From Somniosus microcephalus (taxonomy: Eukaryota): a stretch of 64,000 bases of DNA. Below, one piece after another: positions 39,303 to 52,940 of this stretch. The position numbers were made by a program, and so were the translations under genes. The DNA is taken from NCBI GenBank assembly GCA_052327205.1, contig CM126217.1, positions 38,564,001-38,628,000 on the forward strand, read 5' to 3'. How positions within the stretch are numbered: the stretch's first letter is position 1; each line of letters begins with the position of its first letter. The notes beneath the pieces were generated by a model, which worked only from the letters and a program-made list of their open reading frames with translations, was not told the origin of the DNA and searched no databases.

Positions 39303-39620
39303 AGGGTTGGAGGGGAGAGTATCTGTGAGGTGGGTCTGGGAGAGTCAGTGCCAGTGTGTAGGGGGTTAGAGGGGAGAGCATCTCGGAGGTGGGTCTGGGG
39401 GGTTCAGTGCCAGTGTGTAGGGGGTTGGAGGGGAAGAGTATCTCGGAGGTGGGTCTGGGGGAGTTCAGTGCCAGTGTGTAGGGAGTTGGAGGGGAGAGTA
39501 TCTCTGACGTGGGTCTGGGGGGGGGGGGGGGGGTTCAGTGCCAGTATGTAGGGGGTTGGAGGGGAGAGTATCTCGGAGGTGGGTCTGGGGGAGTCAGAGT
39601 GCCGGTGTGTAGGGGGTTGG
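39303..39620. repeat. G-rich minisatellite, ~59-bp unit, about 5 copies
   Basis: Unit gtgggtctgggggagtcagtgccagtgtgtagggggttggaggggagagtatctcggag. Confidence 0.9.
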
Positions 39621-42111
39621 ATGTGGGAGGGTGAAAGTTGAGGACACTTGGAGAAAGGGGTGCCTGTTGAAAATTCAAATATCACTTTGTTTTTCCCCTT
39701 TTAACGATTGTAAATCTATTCATTGTGAAGTATAAAAGTCCTTAAAATGAACAAGAAGGCACCTTTTTTAAAATTCTAATGTTTCGGGGGTGCATGCCCC
39801 CAGATACCCTACAAATACAATCACCAAATTTGTGGCATCAATATTTGGATTTCCCCCATCGTGTGGTGACTTATTTGAGGAAAAAGCACGGAGAGAAGGG
39901 CTTGGTATATCCTGCAGCTCAAATGACAACGCCTGTACAACCTACTTGTTTCCACGTACCAAGGGCTTATAATGGTGCCATTTCTGAGGCTTTCACTTTT
40001 TGGGGACAACAGCTTTTCTGAAGATGTTGGGACAGCTTTTATCGTTTCACAACAAAGACGCAAGAGCAGGTTACACATACACCCTCTCAGCCAAGGTGCA
40101 AGGAGTCTGGACAAGGGAAAAGGAAGGAAGAGAAGGTCTGTCCAGTAATGAAAAGACATAACACTCGCCGAATCTGGGCTCCATCATTTAGAGGTTCGGG
40201 AAATTCCCCGACACTTTCACTTGTAATCTCTGACGTTCCTCGTGAAGCCACTTGGCAGCAAACCCTCTTGTATGTTTTGCTTCGTAACTTACTCGCTTCC
40301 TGCCATCAGTGCTGTGTAATCACCGACCAGCAACAGCCAGACAGCATTCTGCCCGGACCTTTCACTCATCATCACCTGGGGACTGGTAAGTACATCACTT
40401 CTACCCATTGCTTCAATGACCTGCTTGAGATCTGAGGGTTTTATCCATGTGGGGAGATTACAGTCACTAAACAGCTACATGGCACAGCTGTCAGAGTCAA
40501 ACAGCCTGAATCCCATCATTTCACAGCCAGATTCCATTCGAGATAACAGTGAGAGCGTGGTCCCTTGTAAAATAGAGAAGATTCACTGAACAGACTGCCA
40601 CGAGGGCCTTATTAAACAAATTCAAATGTTTGAATATTTTCTTTCTTGCAAGAAAATAAAAAGACATTGAACATTTATCGGGCTGCACAGCCCCCATTTG
40701 TACATGGTTGTGTGGCATTTCTGATTTGGTTACTATCCATTGCTTGAACTGTAGTCTTCAATAATTCACAATTGACAGCGGAGGTTCCAACCTGCCGATT
40801 CAGGAGCTATGAAGGCATATTCTCGTTACCATGGAAACAAACATGCCCTCTGGAACTAACAAACTTCAGCCATACAGCAGAGGCCATGGTTCAAAAGGTT
40901 GCAGATTGTGCTGAATGTCAGACCATCAATCAGAGTAAGCTGCTCAATAGAAGGCAGCCAATCTTTTAAAAAAAACATTTACAGTTCAGAATAGTAACTC
41001 GCATCCAATTGATGGCAGCAGAAATATAAAATGTGTATTTTAAAATCATTCCATCCTTCTCAGTCTGCCATCTTCTCTTACCTCCAATGCAGTCTTCCTT
41101 CAGCTGGGGGCAGGGCAGCTGGCCAGTTGGAGCCAACTGCCCCCTCTCCAAACCAAACATACTCCACACAAACTGACAGGAGTGGTGAGTGGTGGTGGTG
41201 GTGGAAATGAAGAAAAGCCTCAAAAGTAATTGTTCTGCCCAAGATACTGGGATAGATCATTGACAACACTCAGATTAATTCTAAATTGCAGAATGTGAAC
41301 ACTGAATACAATGTATTCACGATAAGAGATCAAATTCACAATCAATTATTCCTCCATGGCTTTATTCAGATATTTCTCCTGTTCTCAGCGTCAAAGACCA
41401 TTCCCGTAAGTGAGTCCTCACTTCCCATCACCAGAGTGTGACTTTGTGCACACAATATCTGCTTACATTGTGTTGTCCAGGGTCAAATGAAACTTTTGTT
41501 ACTAAAATACACACTGAATTGATACGAGCCCTCTAGTCTTCAGTGCTGGTTCTTCGACTATCTGATCACGTGATTCGGGTTAAAAGTTAAATCGTAGAAT
41601 TCGTCAATTTAATTTAATTGCAGAACCTTCTACCTCCGCTGCTATAAAACATGCAACATTTTGCTAACCCTCTTCGCAATAGAGGATCAGCGTCTAACTT
41701 AACTTGTATGTGAGGCTTCATCCACCAACAGAGTCTTCAGCATCTATCTCGAAAGGACAAACCTGTGACATCCTAGAAACAATTGGAACTGTTGGTGATT
41801 GCTTACAGTCACCTGCCTCAACAAAAGGACAGACCCTGTGGTATTTCCAAACACACGTGAAGAATGTGGATTATCCCCTGACCAGATAATGTAAGCCAAC
41901 AGTAAGCAAAATTTAAGGTGACTAGTCACATCTCAAATAGGCAATACTGTACAAATATAGAGACTTCATCTTTGCATTGTGACAAAACCCCTATCTGTCA
42001 CAGGTAGGATAAGTCACATGACATCAGATCACTTCTGTTGGGAAACCACAACAGCCAATCCATTCAAGCTTATGTTTGTGCCGGTTAACTTGTTACTTTA
42101 TCCAAGGAGAC

Positions 42112-42802
42112 TGGCTGGAGTTTCCACCTAGGCTGCAACCGGGAAATTGCACCCAAAATTGCCCCGAAGCTACACCAATTTTGCCGATATCAAGTTACAC
42201 CCAAGTATCCTGCCAATCTATTTCGAATACGCCCCAACTTAAAATGGGCAGAAATTAGCATAAACAAACAGGGCCCAAGGAAACACCAACCCCAAACCAA
42301 TATCTTTCTTCTTTGAGTCTTAACATTTAAAGTTTCAATTCATTTCACCATCATTCATACACATCAGGCACAGCATGGTTAAGAACCTGCAATTGGGGAG
42401 CTTTACAATTTTTGTGAATTATACTTTCCAATAAAAATGCATTAAAAGAAACAGAAAATACAGAGCAGGTCTTGGAGGTAAAATTTTTTTGAAAAGGCTC
42501 AAAAAATTGCAATTAAACCAGAAAAATGACTGTTTCCTGCTGCACTTGAAAATCTGGACACAATGCTGAGAAACCCGCGAACAAGCACAATCGGAGGACA
42601 CTCGCAGAGTTGGGGGTGTGACCAGTTTTGTGGGCGGAGACTCATTCAGGCGGATGTAAAAGATCGAGGAGGCTTGGGCGTATTGTAGTTGCACGGGCAA
42701 CTCACTTACGCCCAAAATTCCGTGATCTGTTAAGCCACGTAATTGGTATGTGCCCAGGTTGCGTGTGCATCGGGGCATGATTGCGGAGGAAACATCTGGC
42801 CA
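42112..42802. mobile_element. Possible non-autonomous DNA transposon
   Basis: Imperfect TIRs TGGCTGGAGTTTCC / GGAAACATCTGGCCA; GC-rich ends and AT-rich middle, as in 48283-49017. Confidence 0.45.
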
Positions 42803-44454
42803 GCAGTGGATGTCCAGTGGGTTAGCACACCACCCTTTCACCGGGGAGAAACAGCTTCAAATCCAGCCCAGACTGATGGGAAACTTGTCTTTCTCTGCTG
42901 GTTGTAGGAGTTGCTGAGTTTGAACAGTCTGAACCAAGTCATCTTGCTCTTCATTTGTAATCTCCCCCACTCAGATATGGTTGGTGTGTGAAACAGGAAC
43001 GTCACATTGATGCTCCTCTAGTTTTTTTTAAATTAATAAAAATGTAAAAAAAACTGGCTCAGTTAATTTGCAAGACCAATAACCATAGAAACCATTCTAA
43101 CAACCATCCATGGTGAAAATGTAATCAGGCCATTCAATTTTATATTAAAAACAAATACACAACTCCGATCTGAAATTAACCTGGTAGCAAAGAATAGTTG
43201 GAGAGAGAAACGAAAACCTTTGGGCACAGTATTTGTTTTAGAGCTTGAATGCCGCAGAGTGCATTTCCTAGGAAACGTACATATTGTCCAGTGCTAAATA
43301 ATTACACTTCAAAATGGAACTAATTAAAATCTATGAGAGAGAATTGTAGTGCTCATGAATAATTATCAAGGTGCACTTATTCCCTAGGCAATTACCACAG
43401 AGTTGGATTTTCTGTAGTCCTGAATAATTTGCTGCTTTTAATGGATGGGGGGGGGCACAGAGTAGGGGAGCTGCTTTCAGGCAGGATCAGTCGCTGGAAT
43501 TAACCCCGCTTGCTGTCTAGCTGTGCCCACAACTTGGATTCCCAGGGGAAACTTGTGATGCCACAGCTGCTGTACCGATCACAAAAAGCAAAAATTAAAA
43601 ATATTCCAGTGAACTGTACTGAGACCCAGGGGGAGGGGAGGGAGACACACCCATCCCTGGGGTCTATATTTCGTGCCACAAGCCAAAATTGCTGCCCCTG
43701 CTCCATCATCCAGTATAAAATCCCACTATTTACTCATCATCTGCTCCAGGATGTGTTGTGCATCACCACTCAGCAAATGCTGATACCACTGGCTTCCTCC
43801 CCACTCTGCAATTTGCTCCAATCTCCTCAGGTTGTTGGTGTCAGATTCAATTGGGAAAAAAAAAAATCACTGTTCATGGCTCAATAACTTTTAGTGAAAG
43901 TAGTTTTTAAAAATCACATTTGATATGTCAAAGCCTTTTAATCTAAAGCAACATAGACTGCCGCGCGGAGATACACAGCGCATTGGTCGGGTTGCCAACC
44001 TGCCAGGATTGTCCTGGAATCTTCAGGAATTAAAGATTTTTAAAAAGCATTCACAGTAAAAAAAAACTACAATCAATGCGTCATGTTTTGGTGTCTCCGA
44101 GCACCGAATATCAGAAGGCCAGTAGACGCATCATTAGCACAAGGCAAGTGATTCTATTTGGAGGAATGCTAGGATACAATTTTCAGATCCTAGAGCAGTG
44201 TCCTGGAATCTTCCTTTGCAAATAGTGAATCTCGGAGTAAAGGGCCATTCAGCTCATCAAGCCCACTCCTTTCAAATGGAACGCAGACAACGGTCTCTCT
44301 CATAGGCTGCACTGAAGTTATTAGAGATGCTTTCACATTTAATGCTTCTGTAGTCTGGGTCACAGGAAGGGAGTGCCGGTTCCCTTATCCGGATAGCAGA
44401 ATTAGAGACTTACAAAAACATCGGTTTATAATTCTGCCATCAGCATAAAGCTTA

Positions 44455-44605
44455 TAGCAACGACGTGCATTCATATAAAGCCTTTAACAGAGTAAAATGT
44501 CCCAAAGCACTTCACAAGAACGTAATCAGACTGAATTTGACAGAGCCACAGAGATATTAGGACAGGTGACCAAAAGCTTGGTCAAAGAGGTAGGTTTTAA
44601 ACAGT
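44455..44605 (-). mobile_element. L2-like LINE 3' tail fragment
   Basis: gcattcatataaagcctttaac..gtcccaaagcacttcaca..gtgaccaaaagcttggtcaaagaggtaggtttt; homologous to 10200-10340. Confidence 0.65.
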
Positions 44606-45837
44606 GACTCAAGGTTGTTGTTGTTGTTGTTTATTAGGCTTCTGGAGGAATTTTCTGGGCCTGCAAAAGTAAATGAGTGTGCAGAAGAAGCCAAGGTGAT
44701 TAATTTGCAGACAGCTATAAAATCTTACACAGGGCCCCCAGGAAAACTTAACTAACTGGAGTTTTGCAAGGTATACAGCTATGGAATTGCCTTTCTGGTG
44801 ATGGATAAGAATGTTGTTCTGTCTAAAACCCATTAAGCAGCTGTCTTTGAACTGCAGCCTCAGAAAATCTTGTGTGGACAGGAAATTAAGTGTAATGTTG
44901 GAACTGTTACTCAGGCATTCTGCTCAGATATCCTGTATGCAACAAAACAAAACAGTTTGGTGCTCAGACACAATGCCCTCAATAAACACTTTTATTTTAC
45001 ACAGAGAACCATCAGATAAGAGGGGGACCCTTAAATAATGAACAAATTAAACTGGTTTGTACTGCATGGTTTACTTTATTTTAAAATGCATTATTTCCAC
45101 CAGGCAAATACATGAAAATTTTTATTTATTAGGTTAAAACAAATGTATTTTCTCTCCAGTCCTCAGACTACCACTGACTACTGTCAAAAGGACGATGAAA
45201 TGGCCTGTTCGCTAGTCTTTGTCACTATCAGAAACTACACGCAAGAGCAAGTCTTGGACTTTCCAATTTAGTTTTTTTTGGGGAGAGGTGGGTGAACCAT
45301 TTCTCGATGTGCCACTTTGATGCATCAATATGCTGCTCTATGTATGAACTACCTTTTAAGAAGAAATGGACGGATCTGCTGGCAGGGCACTTGCTGTCGT
45401 GAGCTGGACTCACATGTTGGTGACTTGATCCTGAACCCCAGCCTGCAGTGACATTCCTACCTGCTTCTTCCCAAATGAAGGAGGGAATCAAGTTCATTTG
45501 ACAGCTTGTGCTCGGGACACTAAACTGAATATTTAGGAGTCAAGAGAAATGCAACACTTTCCTCTCCTAGGTTTTACCAAAAGCTTTTCATTTCACTGGG
45601 AGATTAATTAAATTGAGCAAATCCAAAAATGATAACTAGGCTATTTGAAGGAGCAAGCTTTCTTGCCAGTTCTCCAAGTAGCCTTTTCTTGCTCCATATA
45701 AGTATGGGATCAATTAGCTAAAACTAAAAGAGGAAGTCCAAAGAGTGGAAAGTTCAGTTAACAGCAAGTTATTTGGTTGAAAAGTTCAGAAAAACAAGGC
45801 ATAAACTAATTAATAAGAAATTTCTTCAATTGATTTA

Positions 45838-46059
<222 letters not shown>

Positions 46060-47693
46060 TTACCAATAGCTTGTGTAACTAACTTCTGCCAACAGAACTC
46101 CAAACTCTCGTCTCCCCCTGACTGAAATGCTGTTCACACAATACAGTACACAGTTCTAGCCCCATGGCCAAACCTTTTTAATGAAGTAGACCAAACTAAT
46201 TGAAAAGAGCATAGACAACTGGGTTCTTTCAGCAGTGGTAGGCAGGGATTCTATTGACTTTTCCCTCCCTATTTGAAATACTAAAGATACCTTTATCAGA
46301 ACATAGTATTGTCTAACAACAGCTCCGAACACTGGAAGACATTGCCATGCTAGGGAGAGTTACTAGCTTACCGTTCCATTATTGTAATAATTTGGCTTTT
46401 CCCTACGGTAAGAGGAACACTTGTAAATTAAATTTCATAATGCACTTCCTAAAACATGTTGCTACTAAAATCAAGTTTGGTGAAATGCTGACTCAATGTG
46501 CAACCCACAGTTTCAGTTCACTTTCAGTAACTGGAGGGCTGCAGCAAGATGGTTTTACAAACAGCTACTACTATTAGTGTGCAACATGCAAGAAAAGGCC
46601 AAACCTTTGTGACTCATGTAAACCTGTAACAGGAAGCCAGAATTTTTTGGATCACAACAGGTATTAAAAGGCACTCAGTTTGATGTTGACCAAAATTGCA
46701 GCAGTGATGATTTATGGCTGCCTGAAGTTTTCACCGAGTATGAAGGCAATTGTTGCCTTATAAAAGCACTTTCGCTGAAAGGTCTATGCCAATACAGGAT
46801 GGCCTTGGTTATCCCATACTATCACATCGCCCCAATATAACACAAAAACTGCATTCATGATTTGCAGATGTGGCATTTGCTGCAATACAGATTAACCAGG
46901 AAGTGTTCAAAAATATTTTTAGGACTTTATTGTTCCAATAAATCGAGCCTATTCAAACCATAAAGGGCATTAACTCAGAGCTGGGTTTAAATTGCAAAAC
47001 CTGGTACTTGGTATTAATGGGCTCTGATTTTGCATATTTGAGTAGATTTGCGTGTTGATAGACAGGACAGTGGTGATGTGGGGAAGAGTCCGTTAGTGTG
47101 TCAAGCAGATTCAAGTACTTAAAAACACATACTATATTAAAGCTGGTTTATTTCTTGCAACAACAAAAAAATCAGAAAACAATTGATTGTTATAACCCCA
47201 CTGCTGTCTCCAGTTATCAGACAATACAAGTTATCTAAACCTACAGTGGGCAAGGCACAATAGAAGTTAGGCGGCTGAGGAGAGCAATACGAGCTGGCAA
47301 CTTCTCCACAAGCACAATCCAGAGTAATCTGAAGTTGGAGCAGGTAGAACAGTATTTTAATGACTATATGTGGTTACAAGGGTACAAACGAGTCAATTTT
47401 GAGAGAAAAAGAAATATTCTCAAATATTTATATTCAGCAGTGTTTGTGTGCATTGAGATTAGGATTGCCAGTACTAAGAATGGAACAATTCCCTAGTGTC
47501 GGCTTGGACAATTCCCGTGTCAGGTGTTGTATGTACATACAAGGGGAAAACATACTCTACACTCATCTAATCCCAGTTTTTGCAGACTGCCTCTTACTGT
47601 ACCACTAACTTTCCATTTTTCACACCACCCATCCAGTGGCCTAAAATTGACAAATGACCAGATTTCTGCTATCGAGTAATCCCACTACAAGTG

Positions 47694-47743
47694 TAAGAAG
47701 TCACACAACACCAGGTTATAGTCCAACAGTTTTATTTGAAATC
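47694..47743. mobile_element. 50-bp Penelope family A fragment
   Basis: Matches 15235-15284; flanked by acaagtg direct repeats (47687-47693 and 47744-47750). Confidence 0.8.
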
Positions 47744-48282
47744 ACAAGTGGGTTGAAACTTCTAACAAAGCCAGGAGGGGAGAGGAAAGAGGAGAGAGCG
47801 ACGAGAGAATAATGTACATCCCTTCTATTTGAACCTTCCTCCAAAATGAAGTTATTCTAACTCTGTGTCCCCACGTCCTGCAGAAAAAGTTTCAATTGGC
47901 TGCAGAGTAATGCAAAACCTACTCTACAATGAATTTGCATAACCCAAGAACCTTCCATCATTTTGTACAAGAGTTCGTGCTGCCAGCAGCAACTGACTGA
48001 AAATAAAAACAATGTAATAGAAAATGTCCAGATCTACAATTTTATGGAAACTGTAAACTCCAACTTCAATAAACGTTAGATTTTTACTTCACTAGTGTTC
48101 ATTACACCATTTGGCTTTACTTTGTATAGAACGGTTTTATGTAGGTTCTCCTACGCAATACACATCATTGTAAATTAGACCATTGTGGGATTCTACTAAC
48201 CCACAACGCGCTTAAGTCCTTAGCAAATTCTGGCCAGCTCTGGGACAGGCAGAATGAAAAGCTAAGCCACTTTAATATATAA

Positions 48283-49017
48283 TGGGCCGGATATTCCGAT
48301 GCCTACGGGTGTGTACACAACCGTAGGGACATCGGAAAAGCCAGTTTCAGGCATGCACAGCCCATGCGCTGAAAACCGGCATTTCCGATCCGTCAAGAAT
48401 GTTCTTGACAGATCGGACGCCTGCCCTGGAGAAGGGCCTCTGCGGGCGGATAGTTCCGCTTTCTGGAGAACCTCCGCCTGCAGAAAACCCTTAGAAATCT
48501 TACACCTGGTAAAAGCAGGCGTAAGGCCTGCTTTTTCCAGCATAAGATTTGAAAAAAAGAACACTTTTCCCCCCACTCATTTATCATTTAAAAATACTTT
48601 TAAAAAAAGTTTATTTTTAACTCTTAAAAAAAAGTAATTATTTTTTTCAAAAAAATTTAATTTGTTTAAAATATTTAATTTATTGTAATTTCAACTAATT
48701 TTAAAAATGTGATTAAGAAATGTATTTAATGTTTTAGTGTTTTTGGGGTGATCTCCATTCATATATTTGACAGGTTTGTCTGTCAAGTGTATGAAGGGAG
48801 AGTCCCTTCTTTGATTGGTTCCCCATGGCCCACGTGATCCCAGGGACGCTTGCGAACCGCATGTGCCTCTGGGATATGTGGGCCCTGCACATTTCAAGTT
48901 GGAGGCGCCCAGGATTGGATGTGGAGGCGCCTCGGGAGCCCTCAGGGAAGTTCGTAGATTTTTTCCAGATTGGAGGCCTCCGCACGCAGGAAGCCTCCGA
49001 TTGGAAAATATGGCCCA
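48283..49017. mobile_element. Harbinger/Tourist-type non-autonomous element
   Basis: TIRs TGGGCCGGATATTCC / GGAAAATATGGCCCA; TAA on both flanks (48280-48282 and 49018-49020). Confidence 0.75.
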
Positions 49018-49357
49018 TAATATGTGCAGGTTGTTGGGGGGGGCGGGGGGATGGTTGGGGAACGCAGAGAAATGAAGTACTGTAACCTAAACACCCAGCA
49101 TCACCAATTACTGTTCCATCGATCAGTTGAAGCTTTCCTTCACAGCACGCCAAGCGTTTTTGTACACAATAAAATTTGGGGTCAGTTGGGAAAATTTTAG
49201 GACTTTTAACTGCTTCTGCTGATTGTTCCTCCTCCAACCACTGAGTGGAGGCAACAAGTCTCTCTGCCCATCAGCCACAAATCTCCAATCAGCAGTTAAA
49301 AGAACAGCGACCTAGGTCCCAGGAATCTTAAACTTTCTCATCTCTCATTTGGTATAG

Positions 49358-50395
49358 AGTGACAGGCAGTGACTAGTGGGGTACCGCAGGGATCGGTGCT
49401 AGGACCCCAGCTATTCACAATATATATTAATGATCTAGACGAGGGAACTAGATGTACTATTTCCAAGTTTGCAGACAACACAAATCTGGGTGGGCGTGTG
49501 TGTGCTGTGAGGAGGATGCCGAGAAACTCCAGTATGATTTGGACAGGTTGGGTGATTGGGCAGATGTATGGCAGATGCAGTATAATGTGGATAAATGCAA
49601 GGTTATCCACTTTAGTGGCAAAAACAGGAAGGCAGATTATCTGAACGGCAATAGATTGAACGGCAATAGATTGAGCGAAGTGGAAGTGCAACGAGACCTG
49701 GGTGTCCTTGTGCACCAGTCGCTGAAGGTAAGCATGCAGGTGCAGCAGGCGGTTAAGAAGGCAAATGGTATGTTGGCCTTTGTAGCGAGAGGATTCGAGT
49801 ACAGGAACAAGGATGTCTTGCTGCAGTTGTACAGGGCCTTGGTGAGACCACACCTTGAGTATTGTGTGCAGTTTTGGTCGCCTTATCTGAGGAAGGATGT
49901 TCTTGCCATGGAGGGAGTGCAGCGAAGGTTCACCAGGCTGATACCTGGGATGGCAGGAATGACGTATGAGGAGAGATTGGGTCGATTGGGCTTATACTCG
50001 CTGGAGTTTAGAAGGATGAGAGGGGATCTCATTGAAACTTATAAAATTCTAACAGGACTAGACAGACTAGATGCAGGAAGGATGTTCCAGATGGCGGGGG
50101 AGTCCAGAGCCAGGGGTCACAGTCTAAAGATAAGGGGTAAGCCATTTAGGACAGAGATGAGGAGGTGGTGAACCTGTGAAATTCTCTACCACAGAAGGCA
50201 GTTGAGGCCAATTCATTAAATATATTCAAGAAGGAGTTAGATATATTTCTTAAGGCTAAAGGGATCAAGGGATATGAGGAGAAGGCAGGGACAGGATACT
50301 GAGTTTGGATGATCAGCCATGATCTCATTGAATGGCGGAGCAGGCTCGAGGGGCCGAATGGCCTACTCCTGCTCCTATCTTCTATGTTTCTATGT
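49358..50395 (+). mobile_element. CR1 (HER1-like) LINE, 5'-truncated; same subfamily as 17935-19120
   Basis: [46 protein letters not shown]; internal 15-bp tandem duplication aacggcaatagattg; same 3' tail. Confidence 0.95.
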
Positions 50396-51725
50396 GCATC
50401 TTGTAGTTAGATTGATGTACTTGTTGAATTGGTGCAAAGAGCCTCTTAAAGACACTTGTTCTCTTCCTATACCATTTAGAGTCTGTGTTGAGCTTTGTCC
50501 CCTTTCCCAACATTATCTTTGTATTGTGTACTGGGAAAATCCAATCTCAAAAACAAGTCAAATATATCTGAACTTAAAAATTAATAATGCATTAACTGCA
50601 ATGCAAATGACATACACTGGTTTAAAACTGAATATTAGTGCTGAAATAATAAACAAAAGTCATAAATAATCATTATATGAGCGGAACATGTCAGAGCATT
50701 ATAGTGATGGAACAGGTTGTAGAGAGGGCATTTTATTAGGTTCTCTATTAATAAGGGAGTCATAAACAAATGTCAGAGGTCAGAGCAATGGAGGAATGAT
50801 GACCTGTCCCTCATGAATGAGTGAAATATGATCTCTATAAATCTGCAATGCTTCATATTCCCGTGATGGCCTCACTCATGGGATTTTTAAGCATAAATCA
50901 TGTTATGTTGCTTTAACACAACGAAACATCTCTTTTGGAAACAAGTTGCTCTTCAAAAAATAATTAAACATGCACATGGGTCAAAATTTGCAACAGGTGG
51001 GCACTGAACCAAGCAGCAATAAAAAAATCACCCATCATAAAGTTCAGAAAAAACACAAATTAAAAAAGGGCAGTCAGCAACCAATTAAAAAAAATTTGAA
51101 TCAATGAAATTGCTTCATTTTTCTTGTGCAGTTGGTTGGAGCTGCCAGTTGGACTTCTGCCAGTTGAAAAGTTATAAGTAAAAGTAACACTTACAACAAA
51201 AGGCATTAACCGATTCTGCATAAAATGTAGATTCTCTCTCAGGGTTTCCTGTGTAGTAAATCCATGAAAAAAAATCTTGGACCGTCATACTCCTGTGTCA
51301 TGATCTTGAAGCTCAACTTGGAGTACTTGGCTACGGCTTGAATTATTGGGTGGATCTACTCCCAACCGATTCCTGTAAATCCTTGGTTCCTCTTAGTTGA
51401 CCACAGACCATATCAATTGTAACAAGTCTAGCCAGTGCCTTCTCTCTTCATTTTGGCTCCATAGTGCAGCTATACCTTTCCCTTCTGAGTCAAATTAACA
51501 TTCACAAAGCATGCTGGCATTTGTTATTTGTAAGCCCCATCCTCTTGCAGTGACACTGAGGTAACTAAATTTTTTTGTATGAAAATGTCAAGTCAATGTA
51601 TATCATGACCTTTTGGATTTTATGTGACGTATGTGATGCACATCAGAGTTAACTCCCAGAAATTGTTAAATGATTGTCCAGAAGATTCACCATTCACCAA
51701 GTATACTAGGATTTAGTGTTAGTAA

Positions 51726-52086
51726 TAACAACAGAAAATGCTGGAAAAACTCAGCAAGTCAGGCAACATCCGTGGAGAGAAATTTGAGTTGACGTTTCGG
51801 GTTTGACCCTTCTTCAAAACTGGAGAGAAAAGGAACTAGATCGAAGGCAGGGCTGCGATCGGACAAAAGAATAAAAGAACCAAAAGAAGTAAAAGAGATT
51901 AGAAGCTAGACGAGATGGTAATAGGCTGTGATTAGGTGTAAAGTGTACTGGCAGGGCAAAAGATAGCTGCCAGGTGTGAGAGAGAAACAAAAGGAAAGGG
52001 GGGGGGGGCGGAAAGGAAAGGAGTGGAAAAATATAAGTGAAAATGAACATTTCGGATTTCCAACATCTGCAGTATTTTGCTATCGT
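51726..52086. mobile_element. Penelope family B insertion, inverted body plus 36-nt tail
   Basis: Near-identical to 23901-24042, then continues into more internal sequence; tail tttcggatttcc...gctatcg in the opposite orientation; 14-bp TSD tttagtgttagtaa (51712-51725 and 52087-52100). Confidence 0.88.
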
Positions 52087-52579
52087 TTTAGTGTTAGTAA
52101 CCCCATCTCCTCACCCTACTTGTGAAATCAGTTTTTTTTGGACTGCCCTGATGGAAGAAAGACAGCAAACCATTTTGGGGTCTTGAAGGTTAAAAATTGT
52201 ATAAAAATATTAGGACTTTAAAAAGGTAAAAATAAATGATTTTGATATAAAACATGAAAGCAGAGTAAAGCATTAACTTTGTGAGCTAATTTAACAGAGA
52301 AAAAATATATTCATTTTGAGGGGGTATTTATTCATCCAATGTACATCTATTAAAAGCAGCCATGTATTTATTTACTGTTCCTCCATACTCCATCTCAAGG
52401 CAAAGCATGACTCCCAATTTTTACTGAGCAATTCTTTCATTAAGAAATGCAATTTAGGTTACTATATTCAAGGTGGTTCTGCCAAATTTCAAAGTGGAAT
52501 CAATAATCTTTGTAATATGCTCTAAAATAGTACTTGCCTTATTCGTCTGTAAGGAATGTAAAAGAAATGATTATTCATG

Positions 52580-52940
52580 TAAATACAGCACAGAAGGAGG
52601 CCATTCAGCCCATCGTATCTGTGCTGGCTTTTTCAAAGAGCTGTCCAATTAGTGTCCACAGCCCTGCAAATGTCTTCTTTTCAAGTATATATTCAATTCC
52701 CTTTTGAAAGTTACATTGAATCTGCTTCCACCACCTTTTTAGGCAGTGCATTTCAGAACATATCTCTCTGCGTAAAAAAAACTAATTTCCCCCTGGATTT
52801 TTTGGCAATTATCTTAAATCCTCTGGTTACCAACCCTTCTGCCAGTGGAAACAGTTTCTCCCTATTTACTCTGTCAAAACCCCTCATAATTTTGAACACC
52901 TCTATCAAATCTCCCTTTAACCTTCTCTGCTCTAAGGCGA
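52580..52940 (-). mobile_element. CR1 3' fragment
   Basis: acagcacagaaggaggccattcagcccatc tail; LEQRRLKGDLIEVFKIMRGFDRV on the minus strand. Confidence 0.85.

Noticed and set aside
41563-41573. Palindromic E-box (ATCACGTGAT) as an intronic promoter
   Set aside because: A single short motif without a CpG island or supporting exon; expected by chance.
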